Origin: Opitutia bacterium | Lineage (GTDB): Bacteria; Verrucomicrobiota; Verrucomicrobiia; Opitutales; Opitutaceae | Assembly: GCA_947478395.1 (NCBI GenBank) | Contig: CANJVR010000003.1 | Span: 352,001-416,000, forward strand | Length of the DNA stretch: 64,000 nt | Reading direction: 5' to 3' | Shown here: positions 36,638-46,391 of the stretch, in pieces | How positions within the stretch are numbered: the first letter of the stretch is position 1 | Layout: each line of letters opens with the position of its first letter | The notes under the pieces: generated by a model | The model's database searches: none | Told to the model about the DNA's origin: nothing | What the model saw: only the letters and a program-made list of their open reading frames with translations | Program-made: the position numbers and the translations under genes

Positions 36638-37657
36638 ATGAAATTGTTCCTCTCCTTCGTCTCCGCGCTCTCCCTTGCCACGGTTTCCTTCGCGGCGGCC
36701 GCCGACTACCACATCGTGGCGCACTTCAATATCGGCGGCACCGGTGGCTACGACTATCTCCGCGTCGATCCCGTTGCTCGCCGGCTGTATGTCGCGCACG
36801 AAAAACGCGTCGAGGTCCTCGATGCCGACACCGGCAAAAAAGTGGGTGAGATCGGTCCCGCCACGCGGGCCCACGGGATCGCCCTTGCGCCGGAGTTGAA
36901 CCACGGGTTCGTCACGAGCGGCGTCGACGATCTGATCACGATGTTCGACTTGAAAACACTCGCGACGCTCAAACAGGTGAAATCCACCGGCTCCAATCCC
37001 GACGCTATCGAATACGATCCCGAGTCGAAGAAAATTTACGTGGGCAATCACGGCAGCGGTGAAATCGTCGTGATCGATCCAGCTTCAGGCGAAATCACCG
37101 GCACGCTCGCCTTGGGCGGCAAACTCGAGGGCATCGCTTTCGATGGCCGCGGCCAAGGCTACGTGATCGCCGAGGACAAAGCGGCGGTCCATGTGTTCGA
37201 CACGCACACCCTCAAGGCGAAGGCCACGTGGGCGTTTGCTCCGGGCGAAGGCGGCACCGGCCTCGCCGTCGACGCGGCCAATCACCGGCTCTTCGCCTCG
37301 TGCGGGAATAACAAAATGGTGGTACTCGATAGCGACAGCGGGAAATTTGTCGCCAGCGCGGTCATCGGTGATGATCCCGACGGCCTCACCTTCGATCCGA
37401 AGAATCACCGCATCTTCACTTCCAACGTTGATGGTACGCTCACGGTGATTCAGCAGGATTCCGCTGATAAGTATTCCGTGCTGCAAAACGTGAAGACCCC
37501 GCCGACCTCCAAGACCATCGCCTTCGATGCAAAGACGGGCAACGTGATCACCTGCGCGCCGCAATACGGACCGAAGCCCGCCCGCGTGGCCGGTGGACCC
37601 GCGCCGAAAGCCCCGATCATTCCGGGCTCGTTCGAAGCGGTGGTCGTCGGTCAATAA
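36638..37657 (+). CDS. YncE/YVTN-like secreted beta-propeller
   Basis: Signal peptide; repeated blades (GYDYL, RRLYVA, PDAIEYD, GLAVD). Confidence 0.85.
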   Translation: MKLFLSFVSALSLATVSFAAAADYHIVAHFNIGGTGGYDYLRVDPVARRLYVAHEKRVEVLDADTGKKVGEIGPATRAHGIALAPELNHGFVTSGVDDLITMFDLKTLATLKQVKSTGSNPDAIEYDPESKKIYVGNHGSGEIVVIDPASGEITGTLALGGKLEGIAFDGRGQGYVIAEDKAAVHVFDTHTLKAKATWAFAPGEGGTGLAVDAANHRLFASCGNNKMVVLDSDSGKFVASAVIGDDPDGLTFDPKNHRIFTSNVDGTLTVIQQDSADKYSVLQNVKTPPTSKTIAFDAKTGNVITCAPQYGPKPARVAGGPAPKAPIIPGSFEAVVVGQ

Positions 37658-37675
37658 ACGAGTTTGGATTTGCTG

Positions 37676-39085
37676 ATGACCTTTGCGCGTAACCGTCTGC
37701 AGGGCGTGCTCGCCTCCGTCGTGGGATTGCTGGCGGGTTGTGCCAGCCAGCCCCCGCCACCGCCGTCAGCGCTTTCGGCGGCCGCGCGGGCGGTTAGTTT
37801 CGATGCGCGTTCGCTGCGCGACGCCGGGCTGCGGCAATTTCTCGCTGAGAATCTTGGCGCGGCTCCGACCGACGCTTGGGATTTTGAAACGCTGGGGTGG
37901 GTCGCATTCTATTATCATCCCTCGCTTGAACTGGCGCGCGCGCAATGGGCCACGGCGCGCGCGGTTGCGACCACGGCGGGCGTGCGGCCGAACCCCACGC
38001 TCACGTTTACGCCGGGTTACAACTCCACGCGGGTGCCGGGAGTTTCACCGTGGATGCCCGGTATCAATTTCGATTTTCTTTTCCCAACCGCGGGCAAGCG
38101 CGGCCACCAGGAGGCGATCGCGCGCAGCGATGCCGAGGCGGCCCGGCTCGCGGTTTTCTCCGCGGCGTGGCAAATCCGCGCGGAGTTGCGGCGTGCGCTG
38201 ATGGATGCGACAGCCGCGGTGCGGCGCGAAGGTTTGCTGCGCGGGCAGCTCGAGGTTCAGCAAAAACTGGTCGCACTGCTTGAGCAACGTTTCGCCGCCG
38301 GCAGTGCCGCGGCTACGGATGTTTCGGTGCTGCACACGGCCGCATTGCGCGCCGAGGCCGTGGCGGCGGATGCGGCGAGTCAGACGGTCATCGCCCGGTC
38401 CCGCGTCGCGGCTGCGCTGGGCTTGCCGCTGGCGGCGCTCGATGGTGTTACGCTACCCGCTGCTCCGGCGCTGGCCGTCTTTTCATCCGACGCACTTGCC
38501 CAAGCCCGGCGTGAGTCGCTGCAGTCGCGGGCCGATGTCCTCGTGGCACTCGCCAAATATCAATCTGCGCAGTCCACCCTCGAGCTGGAGTTCGCGAAAC
38601 GGATGCCCGACATCCATCTCGGACCGGGCTACCAATGGGATCAGGGCACGAACAAGTGGACGCTGGGCATTTCGCTCGAGCTCCCGATTTTCCACCGCAA
38701 CGAAGCGCCGATCGCCGAGGCCACGGCGCGTCGGGCCGAGGCGGCGGCACAGTTCAATGTCGTCCAAGCGCAAGCCATCGCTGCGATCGATGCTGCCGTA
38801 GTCGCGCAAAGTGCGGCAGGTATTCAACTCGCTCGCGCCCGACTTCTCCGCACCGAAATCGAAAAGCAGGGCGCCTTGGTGCGTCAGCGCCTTGAACTTG
38901 GCGGGGCTGATCAGGTTGAGGTCCAGACCGCGCGCCTCGATCTCGCGACGGTTGATACCGCCGTCGCCGACGCCGAGAGCGCAAACGCCCTCGCCGCCGG
39001 TCAACTTGAGGACGCGTTGCAACTGCCCTTTCCCCATCTCGCCGCGCTGGCCGCCGCCGTGCCGGCCAACTCCCGCACGCCATGA
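37676..39085 (+). CDS. TolC family outer membrane efflux lipoprotein
   Basis: Lipobox LLAGC, RPNPTL, RADV...PDIHLG, ELPIFHRN. Confidence 0.88.
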   Translation: MTFARNRLQGVLASVVGLLAGCASQPPPPPSALSAAARAVSFDARSLRDAGLRQFLAENLGAAPTDAWDFETLGWVAFYYHPSLELARAQWATARAVATTAGVRPNPTLTFTPGYNSTRVPGVSPWMPGINFDFLFPTAGKRGHQEAIARSDAEAARLAVFSAAWQIRAELRRALMDATAAVRREGLLRGQLEVQQKLVALLEQRFAAGSAAATDVSVLHTAALRAEAVAADAASQTVIARSRVAAALGLPLAALDGVTLPAAPALAVFSSDALAQARRESLQSRADVLVALAKYQSAQSTLELEFAKRMPDIHLGPGYQWDQGTNKWTLGISLELPIFHRNEAPIAEATARRAEAAAQFNVVQAQAIAAIDAAVVAQSAAGIQLARARLLRTEIEKQGALVRQRLELGGADQVEVQTARLDLATVDTAVADAESANALAAGQLEDALQLPFPHLAALAAAVPANSRTP

Positions 39086-40062
39086 AAAAACTCGTTGTCG
39101 GAATTTTGATCGGTCTGCTCGCGGGCGCCGGCGCCACGTGGGTCACGCTTCGTCCTCACGGGGGGACCGCGGCCGAGTCGCCCAAAGCCGAGGCCGCGAA
39201 GCCGCCGGAGAAGGAAAAGGAAAACCCTCTGCGTCTTAATGCAGCGAAACGCACGGCGGCGGGCATCACGCTGGCCAAGGCCGCTGAAGCGGCGCTGACC
39301 TCCGAGGTCGCGGCGTTCGGCCGGGTGCTGGATGCGACCTCGATGGTCGCGTTGGGCGCCGAGGCGGAAACCGCGCGCGTGGCCGCAGGTGCTACCGAAA
39401 AAGAATTGGACCGCGCGAAAAAACTTTTCGCCGCCGGCGGTAATGCCTCTGCGCAGATGGTGGAAACCGCCGAAGCTAACGCGGCCCGCGATCGCACCGC
39501 CGTTGCGTCCGCTCAAGCGCGGTTGTTGACCACGTGGGGACGCGAGGTCGCGAAGAATTTTATAGCCATCAATCAGGCGCTGGTGGCCGGGGCGTCACTC
39601 GCGCGGCTCGATGTGTTGCCGGGAGATCCGGTCGGCGCCGCGCCGAAAGCCGCGCATCTCGCGCTGGCGGGAAGCACCGACGTTTTCGAAGCCGAAGTTC
39701 TCGGGCCGTCGCCGGTCGCCGATCCCCAGGTGCAGGGCGCGAGTTTTCTGGTGCTCTTGCGCGGACATCCGCTGCCGGCCGGCGCCGCGTTGCGCGGAAC
39801 GCTTCCCGGAATCGGTGCAGCGGTTCCGGCGTTCGTCGTACCGCGGGGTGCGGTTGTATACCATCAGGGCAGTGCGTGGGTTTTCGTTTTGGGCGAGGAA
39901 GATACCTTTGAACGCAAGCTCGTCAGTCTCGGCCGCGCGATCGGTGACGATGGTGTCGCGGTGACGCAGGGCGTGGATGCCGCCGAGCAAATCGTGACGA
40001 CCGGCGCGCAGCAATTGCTCGCGGCTGAATTGCAGGCGGGCGGGGCACCCGAAGCGGACTAA
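39082..40062 (+). CDS. RND membrane fusion (periplasmic adaptor) protein
   Basis: N-terminal TM, helical hairpin, VPRGAVV, VTTGAQQLL. Confidence 0.88.
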   Translation: MKKLVVGILIGLLAGAGATWVTLRPHGGTAAESPKAEAAKPPEKEKENPLRLNAAKRTAAGITLAKAAEAALTSEVAAFGRVLDATSMVALGAEAETARVAAGATEKELDRAKKLFAAGGNASAQMVETAEANAARDRTAVASAQARLLTTWGREVAKNFIAINQALVAGASLARLDVLPGDPVGAAPKAAHLALAGSTDVFEAEVLGPSPVADPQVQGASFLVLLRGHPLPAGAALRGTLPGIGAAVPAFVVPRGAVVYHQGSAWVFVLGEEDTFERKLVSLGRAIGDDGVAVTQGVDAAEQIVTTGAQQLLAAELQAGGAPEAD

Positions 40063-40066
40063 CACC

Positions 40067-43000
40067 ATGCTGCAAGCTCTCGTCCAGTTATCGCTGCGGT
40101 TTCGCGGCGTGGTGCTTTCGCTCGCATGTCTCGTGCTCGCCTACGGCGGCTGGGTGGCGATGCACGCCAAGCTCGATGTGTTTCCGGAGTTTGTGCCGCC
40201 CCAAGTGACGGTGCAAACCGAGGCGCCTGGACTCGCGCCTGAGCAGGTGGAAACGCTTGTCACCCGGCCGATCGAAAACGCGATCAACGGGTTGGGCAGC
40301 CAGGAGTCGCTGCGCTCGGAGACGATTCAGGGACTTTCCGTCATCACCCTTGTTTTTAAGGAAGGCACCGACGTGCAGGTCGCGCGGCAGATGGTGGCGG
40401 AAAAGCTCGGGGAAATCGCGGGCCAGCTCCCGGCGGGCGTTCGTCCGCCGAAACTTTCGCCGTTGGTTTCGTCGACGATGGATCTGCTGAAAGTGGGCCT
40501 CGTCACCGACAAGATGTCGCCGATGGAGCTGCGCACGTTTGCCGATTGGACGTTGAAGCCGCGCCTGTTGTCCGTACCAGGCGTCGCGAAGTGCAGCGTA
40601 TTCGGGGGCGACGTGCGGCAGCTGCAGATTCAAGTTCACCCCGATGAGCTCATCGCCCGTGGGCTTGCGCTCAGCGATGTTTTGACGGCGGCGCGCGCGG
40701 CGAGCGGCGTGCGCGGGGGTGGATTTATCGAGACGCGCAACCAGCGCATCGTGCTCCAAACCGAGGGCCAGCTCCTCACCCCGGAGGAGATCGGCAATAT
40801 CGTAATCGTCACGAGCGCCAGTGGGGCGCCGGTGCGGCTCAAGGACGTCGCGACGGTAGCTTACGGTGCGCAACCGAAAGTTGGCGACGCGCTTGTGATG
40901 GGAAAACCCGGCGTGCTGTTGACGTTGTCGTCGCAGTTCGGGGCGAACACGATGGAGGTGACGAAACTCCTTGAAGCGGCGATCGAGGACCTGAAGCCGT
41001 TGCTCGAGCGCGAGGGGATTACATTTTATCCGCGGCTCCACCGGCCGGCATCGTTCATCGAAGCCTCGTTGACGCACATCCGCGATTCGCTGCTGCTCGG
41101 GGCGGCGTTGGTGGCGCTGATCCTTTTTGTTTTCCTCGGTCATGTGCGGACGGCGTTGATCTCGCTCGCGGCGATTCCGCTGTCGCTGCTCAGCGCGGTG
41201 ATCGTGATGGATCACTTCGGTGTCTCGCTGAACACGATCACGCTGGGCGGTCTGGCGATCGCGCTCGGCGAAGTGGTCGACGATGCGATTATCGACGTGG
41301 AAAACATCGTACGACGCCTGCGCGAAAATGGGACGCTCGCGAAGCCTCGATCCGCGCTGGCGGTCGTGCTGGCAGCGTCGATCGAAGTGCGTAGCGCGGT
41401 CGTCTACGCGACGTTGATCGTGATTCTCGTTTTTGTGCCGGTGCTCACGTTGACCGGTTTGCAGGGGAGCTTCTTCGCGCCGCTGGCGCGCAGCTACATT
41501 TTCGCGATTTTGGCTTCGCTAGTGACGGCGCTGACGGTCACGCCCGCGCTGACGCTGATGTTTTTTTCGCGCCACGCGAAGGAGGCGGCGGCGCCCCGTT
41601 TGCAGGGATTTTTGCGGCGCGGCTACGAGCGGCTGCTGCACGGCGTAGCACGTTATCCCTGGCCGATCATTGTGGCGGTCGTACTGTTCGTCGGGCTGGC
41701 GCTTTCACGGGTGTCGCAGCTCGGCGGGGAATTTCTGCCGGAATTTCGCGAAGGCCATTTCGTGCTCGGCGTTTCGACGGCGCCGGGCGCTTCGCTCGAT
41801 GAAATGCGCCGCATTGGCGAACAGGTTTCCAAGGCGCTGCTGGCAAATCCGCACATCGCCACGGTTGAGCAGCAGATTGGCCGCGCCGAGCTGGGCGAAG
41901 ACACCTGGGGTCCGCACAAATCGGAATTTCACGTGGATCTCAAGCCGCTCACGCCCGACGAGGAGGAGGGCGTCTCGGGAGAAATCCGCCAAGTGCTGGA
42001 GAATGTTCCTGGCATCCAGTTCGAGATTCTCACGTTTCTCGGCGACCGTATCGGCGAGAGCATTAGCGGCGAGACGTCGCCGGTGGTCGTAAATATTTTC
42101 GGTGAAAATCTAGACGTGCTGGACGAAAAGGCGGCCGAGGTGGCGCATGCGCTGGAAGGCGTGCCGGGCGCGGCGGACGTGGAGGTGAAGTCTCCGCCCG
42201 GTGCGCCGCGCATCGCGATCCGGCTGCGACCGGTCGAGCTCACGGCGTTTGGGTTGCGGCCGTTGGATGCGCTCGAGGCCATCGAGACGGCTTACGAAGG
42301 GGCGGTGGTCGGGCAGATTTATCGGGAGAACGAGGTCAACGACATCGCCGTCACGCTCGATCCGGCGAGCCGGCGGAATCCCGAAGACATCGGTGGATTG
42401 ATTCTTTCCAGTGGCTCAGGTCAGCGGGTGCCGTTGCGCGCGGTCGCCGACGTGTTTCGGACCGAAGGGCGTTTTTCAATCCTGCATGACGGAGCACGGC
42501 GCCGGCAGACGATCACCTGCAATCCGACGCGTGACGTGCAGTCTTTTGTGGCGGACGCGCGGCGCATCGTGGCTGACAAGGTCCAGTTGCCGAAGGGCGT
42601 TTATCTGGAGTTTGCCGGTGCGGCCGAGGCGCAGAAAGCGGCGACGCGCGAGCTGCTCCTGCATGCGGCGATCGCAGCGGCGGGGATTTTGTTGCTGCTC
42701 TCGATCGTGCTCGGGCACTGGCGCAACGTGATGGTGGTACTTTTCAATCTGCCTTTCGCCCTGGCGGGCGGCGTGCTCGTGGTCTACCTCGCGAAACTCG
42801 CCGGTTCGGAAAGTGCGGGTGCGCTGACGATGGGTTCGCTGGTGGGCTTTGTGACGCTGTTTGGTGTGACCACGCGCAACGCGATCATGCTGCTCTCGCA
42901 CTACGAGCATCTCGTCCTGTTGGAGGGCCAGACTTGGAATCTGGCGACGGCGATTCGCGGTGCGTCGGAACGGTTGGTCCCGATTTTGATGACAGCGACG

Positions 43001-43186
43001 GTGACCGCGTTGGGGTTGTTGCCGCTGGCGCTGCACAGCGGTGAAGCTGGCTGCGAAATCGAGGGGCCGATGGCGGTGGTGATTCTTGGCGGGCTCGTGA
43101 CATCGACCGCGTTGAATCTGCTGGTGCTCCCGACGCTCTCGCTGCGGTTTGCGCGATTTGAGGCGAAGGCGGACGATTTGGATTAA
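40067..43186 (+). CDS. CzcA/CusA family RND efflux permease
   Basis: DVFPEF, GLAPEQVE, GEVVDDAIIDVEN, ERLVPILMTA. Confidence 0.93.
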   Translation: MLQALVQLSLRFRGVVLSLACLVLAYGGWVAMHAKLDVFPEFVPPQVTVQTEAPGLAPEQVETLVTRPIENAINGLGSQESLRSETIQGLSVITLVFKEGTDVQVARQMVAEKLGEIAGQLPAGVRPPKLSPLVSSTMDLLKVGLVTDKMSPMELRTFADWTLKPRLLSVPGVAKCSVFGGDVRQLQIQVHPDELIARGLALSDVLTAARAASGVRGGGFIETRNQRIVLQTEGQLLTPEEIGNIVIVTSASGAPVRLKDVATVAYGAQPKVGDALVMGKPGVLLTLSSQFGANTMEVTKLLEAAIEDLKPLLEREGITFYPRLHRPASFIEASLTHIRDSLLLGAALVALILFVFLGHVRTALISLAAIPLSLLSAVIVMDHFGVSLNTITLGGLAIALGEVVDDAIIDVENIVRRLRENGTLAKPRSALAVVLAASIEVRSAVVYATLIVILVFVPVLTLTGLQGSFFAPLARSYIFAILASLVTALTVTPALTLMFFSRHAKEAAAPRLQGFLRRGYERLLHGVARYPWPIIVAVVLFVGLALSRVSQLGGEFLPEFREGHFVLGVSTAPGASLDEMRRIGEQVSKALLANPHIATVEQQIGRAELGEDTWGPHKSEFHVDLKPLTPDEEEGVSGEIRQVLENVPGIQFEILTFLGDRIGESISGETSPVVVNIFGENLDVLDEKAAEVAHALEGVPGAADVEVKSPPGAPRIAIRLRPVELTAFGLRPLDALEAIETAYEGAVVGQIYRENEVNDIAVTLDPASRRNPEDIGGLILSSGSGQRVPLRAVADVFRTEGRFSILHDGARRRQTITCNPTRDVQSFVADARRIVADKVQLPKGVYLEFAGAAEAQKAATRELLLHAAIAAAGILLLLSIVLGHWRNVMVVLFNLPFALAGGVLVVYLAKLAGSESAGALTMGSLVGFVTLFGVTTRNAIMLLSHYEHLVLLEGQTWNLATAIRGASERLVPILMTATVTALGLLPLALHSGEAGCEIEGPMAVVILGGLVTSTALNLLVLPTLSLRFARFEAKADDLD

Positions 43187-43240
43187 GTCGGGCGGCGAGG
43201 AAATCTTGCCGTGAGCCGCGCACTGGGTGGACTCCCCTTC

Positions 43241-44140
43241 ATGGCACTCTGGGGCATCGACTTGGGCGGAACGAAAATCGAAGGGGCCATGATCGATCCG
43301 GCACGACCGGGCGAGGCTTTGCACCGGCTGCGGGTGCCGACTGAGAGCGCCAAAGGTTACGAGCACGTCGTCAGTCAAATCGAGTTAGTCGTGAGCGAGC
43401 TCGAGCGCGTTTCCGGGCAGCGGCGCCCGGCGAAGATCGGGATCGGCACGCCGGGAGCCACGGAGCCGTCCACGGGACGGCTGAAAAATTCGAACACCAC
43501 GTGTTTGAACGGCCGGCCGTTGGCGGCGGATTTGTCGGCGAAGCTGGGGGTGCGCGCGAGTTTGGCCAACGACGCGAATTGTTGTGCGCTGGCCGAGGCC
43601 ACGCTGGGCGCGGGGCGCGGACGCAGCGTGGTGTTTGGCGTCATCGTCGGCACGGGGGTGGGCGGGGGCATCGTGGTAAACGCCCGTTTGATTGACGGTC
43701 GTCACGGCATCGCCGGCGAGTGGGGCCACAACCCGATGCGGGGAGAAACGGCGCGGTGCTATTGCGGGCGGACGGGTTGTGTTGAAACGGTATTCTCCGG
43801 GCCGGCGCTGGAGCGCTTTTACCAGGATAGCGGCGGCGAGGCGCTGCGTTTGCCGGAAATCGTGCGCCGGGCGGACGCCGGTGAACTGCGTGCGACCGCG
43901 ACCTTGGACCGACTCGTGGAAAAATTTGGCGAGGCGATCGCGGCCGTGATCAACCTCCTCGATCCCGACGCGGTGGTGATCGGCGGGGGCGTGGGCAATC
44001 TCGACCTGCTCTACACCGAGCGCACGCGCCAGGCGGTCCTGGCCCACGTATTTAACCCGGAGCTGCAGACGGAGTTTCTGCGGCCGCAACTGGGCGACAG
44101 CGCCGGGGTGTTCGGCGCCGCGATGTTAGGGGCGGATTGA
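43241..44140 (+). CDS. ROK family sugar kinase (fructokinase/Mak-like)
   Basis: GIDLGGTK, ANDANC, GTGVGGG, GEWGH, CYCGRTGC. Confidence 0.92.
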   Translation: MALWGIDLGGTKIEGAMIDPARPGEALHRLRVPTESAKGYEHVVSQIELVVSELERVSGQRRPAKIGIGTPGATEPSTGRLKNSNTTCLNGRPLAADLSAKLGVRASLANDANCCALAEATLGAGRGRSVVFGVIVGTGVGGGIVVNARLIDGRHGIAGEWGHNPMRGETARCYCGRTGCVETVFSGPALERFYQDSGGEALRLPEIVRRADAGELRATATLDRLVEKFGEAIAAVINLLDPDAVVIGGGVGNLDLLYTERTRQAVLAHVFNPELQTEFLRPQLGDSAGVFGAAMLGAD

Positions 44141-44186
44141 CCGTGCGAGGTATAGAGCGGCTTAAGTTTTTCCGTGGCCGCTTTTG

Positions 44187-44256
44187 GTAGTGGCCGGCGT
44201 CTCTGCCGGCCGAGTTCGGCGTCCCCATTTCGGCAGGCAGGGACGCCTGCCGCTAC
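44187..44256. repeat. REP doublet (REPIN-like), GTAG-headed
   Basis: 27-bp inverted arms 44187-44213 and 44230-44256 (4 mismatches, two compensatory within each arm's hairpin). Confidence 0.8.
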
Positions 44257-44330
44257 GTCGTTTGCGGCTACGCTTTTGGTTAAGCTGCTCTAGACTTGTG
44301 CCTCCGGCTAAATCGACCGGTATGGTCGCC

Positions 44331-45089
44331 ATGCGTTTTTCACTGCATCGTATCGCCCTCGTTGCTTTTGCGCTGGCGCTGACGTCAAGGGCTGCGGTCG
44401 CCGCGCCCACGCTGCACTTGGTCGGTGACTCAACGATGGCCGACAAGAAGAAGTCTCCGCCCAATCCCGAGACCGGTTGGGGTCAGGCGTTGCCGGCGTT
44501 TTTCCGTGATTCGACGCAGGTCAAAAATTATGCGGCCGATGGCCGGAGCACGAAGAGCTTCATCGACGAGGGGCGTTGGGCCAAAGTCGTGGCGGCGTTA
44601 CAGGCTGGTGATTTCGTGATCATCCAGTTCGGGCACAACGATGAGAAGGCGGACCGGCCGGACGTCTACGCGGCGTCCCGAGGCGCTTATCAGGATAACC
44701 TCCGCCGTTTGATCCGCGATGTGCGAGAGCACGGGGCAGTGCCGATTCTCGCGACCTCGGTGGCGCGTCGAAAATGGAATGTTGCCGGTGATCAACTCGT
44801 TGAAACCCACGGAGATTATCTGGCTGCGCTGACGGCCGTGGCGGTCGAGCAGAAGGTGCCGTTACTTGAACTCAACCGGCTTACGACGGAATTGGAGCGC
44901 GCGCACGGCGTCGAAGGCTCTAAGAAACTACATCTCTATTACGGCGCGGGTGAATTCAGCCGCTGGCCCGACGGCGTGAAGGATGACACGCATTATTCCG
45001 AATATGGAGCGGCCCGTGTCGCGGCGCTCGCGGTGCAGGAGTTCCTGCGCCTGCAGTTGCCGCTGTCGACCTGGCTGAAGGACAAATAG
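44331..45089 (+). CDS. Rhamnogalacturonan acetylesterase-like SGNH hydrolase (CE12)
   Basis: GDSTMA, GWGQ, GRSTKSF, QFGHND, DDTH. Confidence 0.9.
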   Translation: MRFSLHRIALVAFALALTSRAAVAAPTLHLVGDSTMADKKKSPPNPETGWGQALPAFFRDSTQVKNYAADGRSTKSFIDEGRWAKVVAALQAGDFVIIQFGHNDEKADRPDVYAASRGAYQDNLRRLIRDVREHGAVPILATSVARRKWNVAGDQLVETHGDYLAALTAVAVEQKVPLLELNRLTTELERAHGVEGSKKLHLYYGAGEFSRWPDGVKDDTHYSEYGAARVAALAVQEFLRLQLPLSTWLKDK

Positions 45090-45148
45090 CCGTCGAGCGG
45101 TTCTAAGGCGCGCCCGCCCGTAGGTCACATCTCTGCGCCTCGATGCTC

Positions 45149-46189
45149 TCAGGCTTTCTTGGCTAGCGCGGCGGAAACCAGCGTGGGGCCATCGACCCAA
45201 TGACCGGGAATCATGGTGGTCGACGCGGGGTCGGGAATACCGCGCTCGTTGCGCTGCAGCTGGGCGATGAGCAACTCGACCCCGCGGGCGCCTAGCGTGT
45301 GAGGATGCAGGTCGAGCCCGGCACAAGGGCGGTCTTGCTGGGTGACGTTGAGGCAGAAAAATCCGTGGGTCTTTGGTACCCGTGCACCGCAGGCGGTCAT
45401 CCAGTCGATGAGGTCCGTCGAGTGCCCGATCACCACATCAGGCTCGTAGCGCTTGAACCATTTTGTGAAAGCGGGCGCGTTGATTTCCGAGAGGATCAAC
45501 GGCGGGATGTTTTCCGCGTCGGCGTGATTGCGCTGAAACGACGTGAAGGCGCCAGCCCAGCGATGCTGGAGGCGTTCATCTTGATGCTGGTTGAGGACGA
45601 TCCCGGGCTTTTGGTAACCGAGACTTCTCAACCGCTCCAGCGCGCCGATCAGGGAGCGGTGATGGTCTGAGCAGACCGAGTGCAGGGCGGGGCGCTCGAT
45701 CGCATAGTCGCTGTAAATCCCCGCGTAGCGCGACCAGTCGAGTTTGGAGAAATCGGGCGTATTCCACGCGGGGAGGAGCAGCACGCCTTGAATGCCGCGC
45801 GACTGCAGAATCGTGTCCAAGCGCGCGACGGTCACGCCCTGTTGGCCCACGAGGAAAGTTTGCAGTTTGAACCCAAGTTCGCCGGCCCGGTTGCGTGCGC
45901 CCTCGGTCAGCGCGGTGTGAAAACGACCGGCATCGGTCGGCCGCGTGGCCTCATCAAGGTCGACGGCGGCAATGACGCCGCGAAACATTTGATTCCGGGA
46001 GCGGCGGACCTCCGACATGACGGCTCCCACGAGTGGATTGGGGCGATACCCGGCAGCAGCTGCGGCAGCTTTGACGCGCGCGGCGGTTTCAGGCCGAACA
46101 CAGGCAGACCCCCGCAGGGCTTCAGACACGGTGGTACGCGATAATCCCAAGGAAGCGGCAAGGGTACGAACGGTGGCGTTGGCGGGCAT
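45149..46189 (-). CDS. LacI family transcriptional regulator
   Basis: TVRTLAASLGLSRTTVSEALRG...GYRPNP. Confidence 0.9.
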   Translation of the reverse strand: MPANATVRTLAASLGLSRTTVSEALRGSACVRPETAARVKAAAAAAGYRPNPLVGAVMSEVRRSRNQMFRGVIAAVDLDEATRPTDAGRFHTALTEGARNRAGELGFKLQTFLVGQQGVTVARLDTILQSRGIQGVLLLPAWNTPDFSKLDWSRYAGIYSDYAIERPALHSVCSDHHRSLIGALERLRSLGYQKPGIVLNQHQDERLQHRWAGAFTSFQRNHADAENIPPLILSEINAPAFTKWFKRYEPDVVIGHSTDLIDWMTACGARVPKTHGFFCLNVTQQDRPCAGLDLHPHTLGARGVELLIAQLQRNERGIPDPASTTMIPGHWVDGPTLVSAALAKKA

Positions 46190-46213
46190 GAAAAAAGGCT
46201 AGGGGCTCGCTTG

Positions 46214-46233
46214 GCGTGACGGGGCAGTCACGC
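46214..46233. promoter_or_regulatory. Palindrome upstream of lacI-type gene (possible operator)
   Basis: GCGTGAC-N6-GTCACGC with perfect arms. Confidence 0.4.
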
Positions 46234-46341
46234 GCATGGTATAATCGGTCACAGCCGGGAATGACGCGTGCGCAGGATAAAAGGCGCGCAAGAAATTAAC
46301 TGTCCGATTTCGATGCGGCTTCAGGCTCAAGCATCGCGTCG

Positions 46342-46371
46342 CCCACCCTTTGCTTTGTGAAAAAGGGTGGG
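46342..46371. terminator. Hairpin downstream of asparaginase gene
   Basis: CCCACCCTTT...AAAGGGTGGG 10-bp stem; no clear U-tract on the minus strand. Confidence 0.4.
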
Positions 46372-46391
46372 GCGCGTGATCGATCCCCGAT

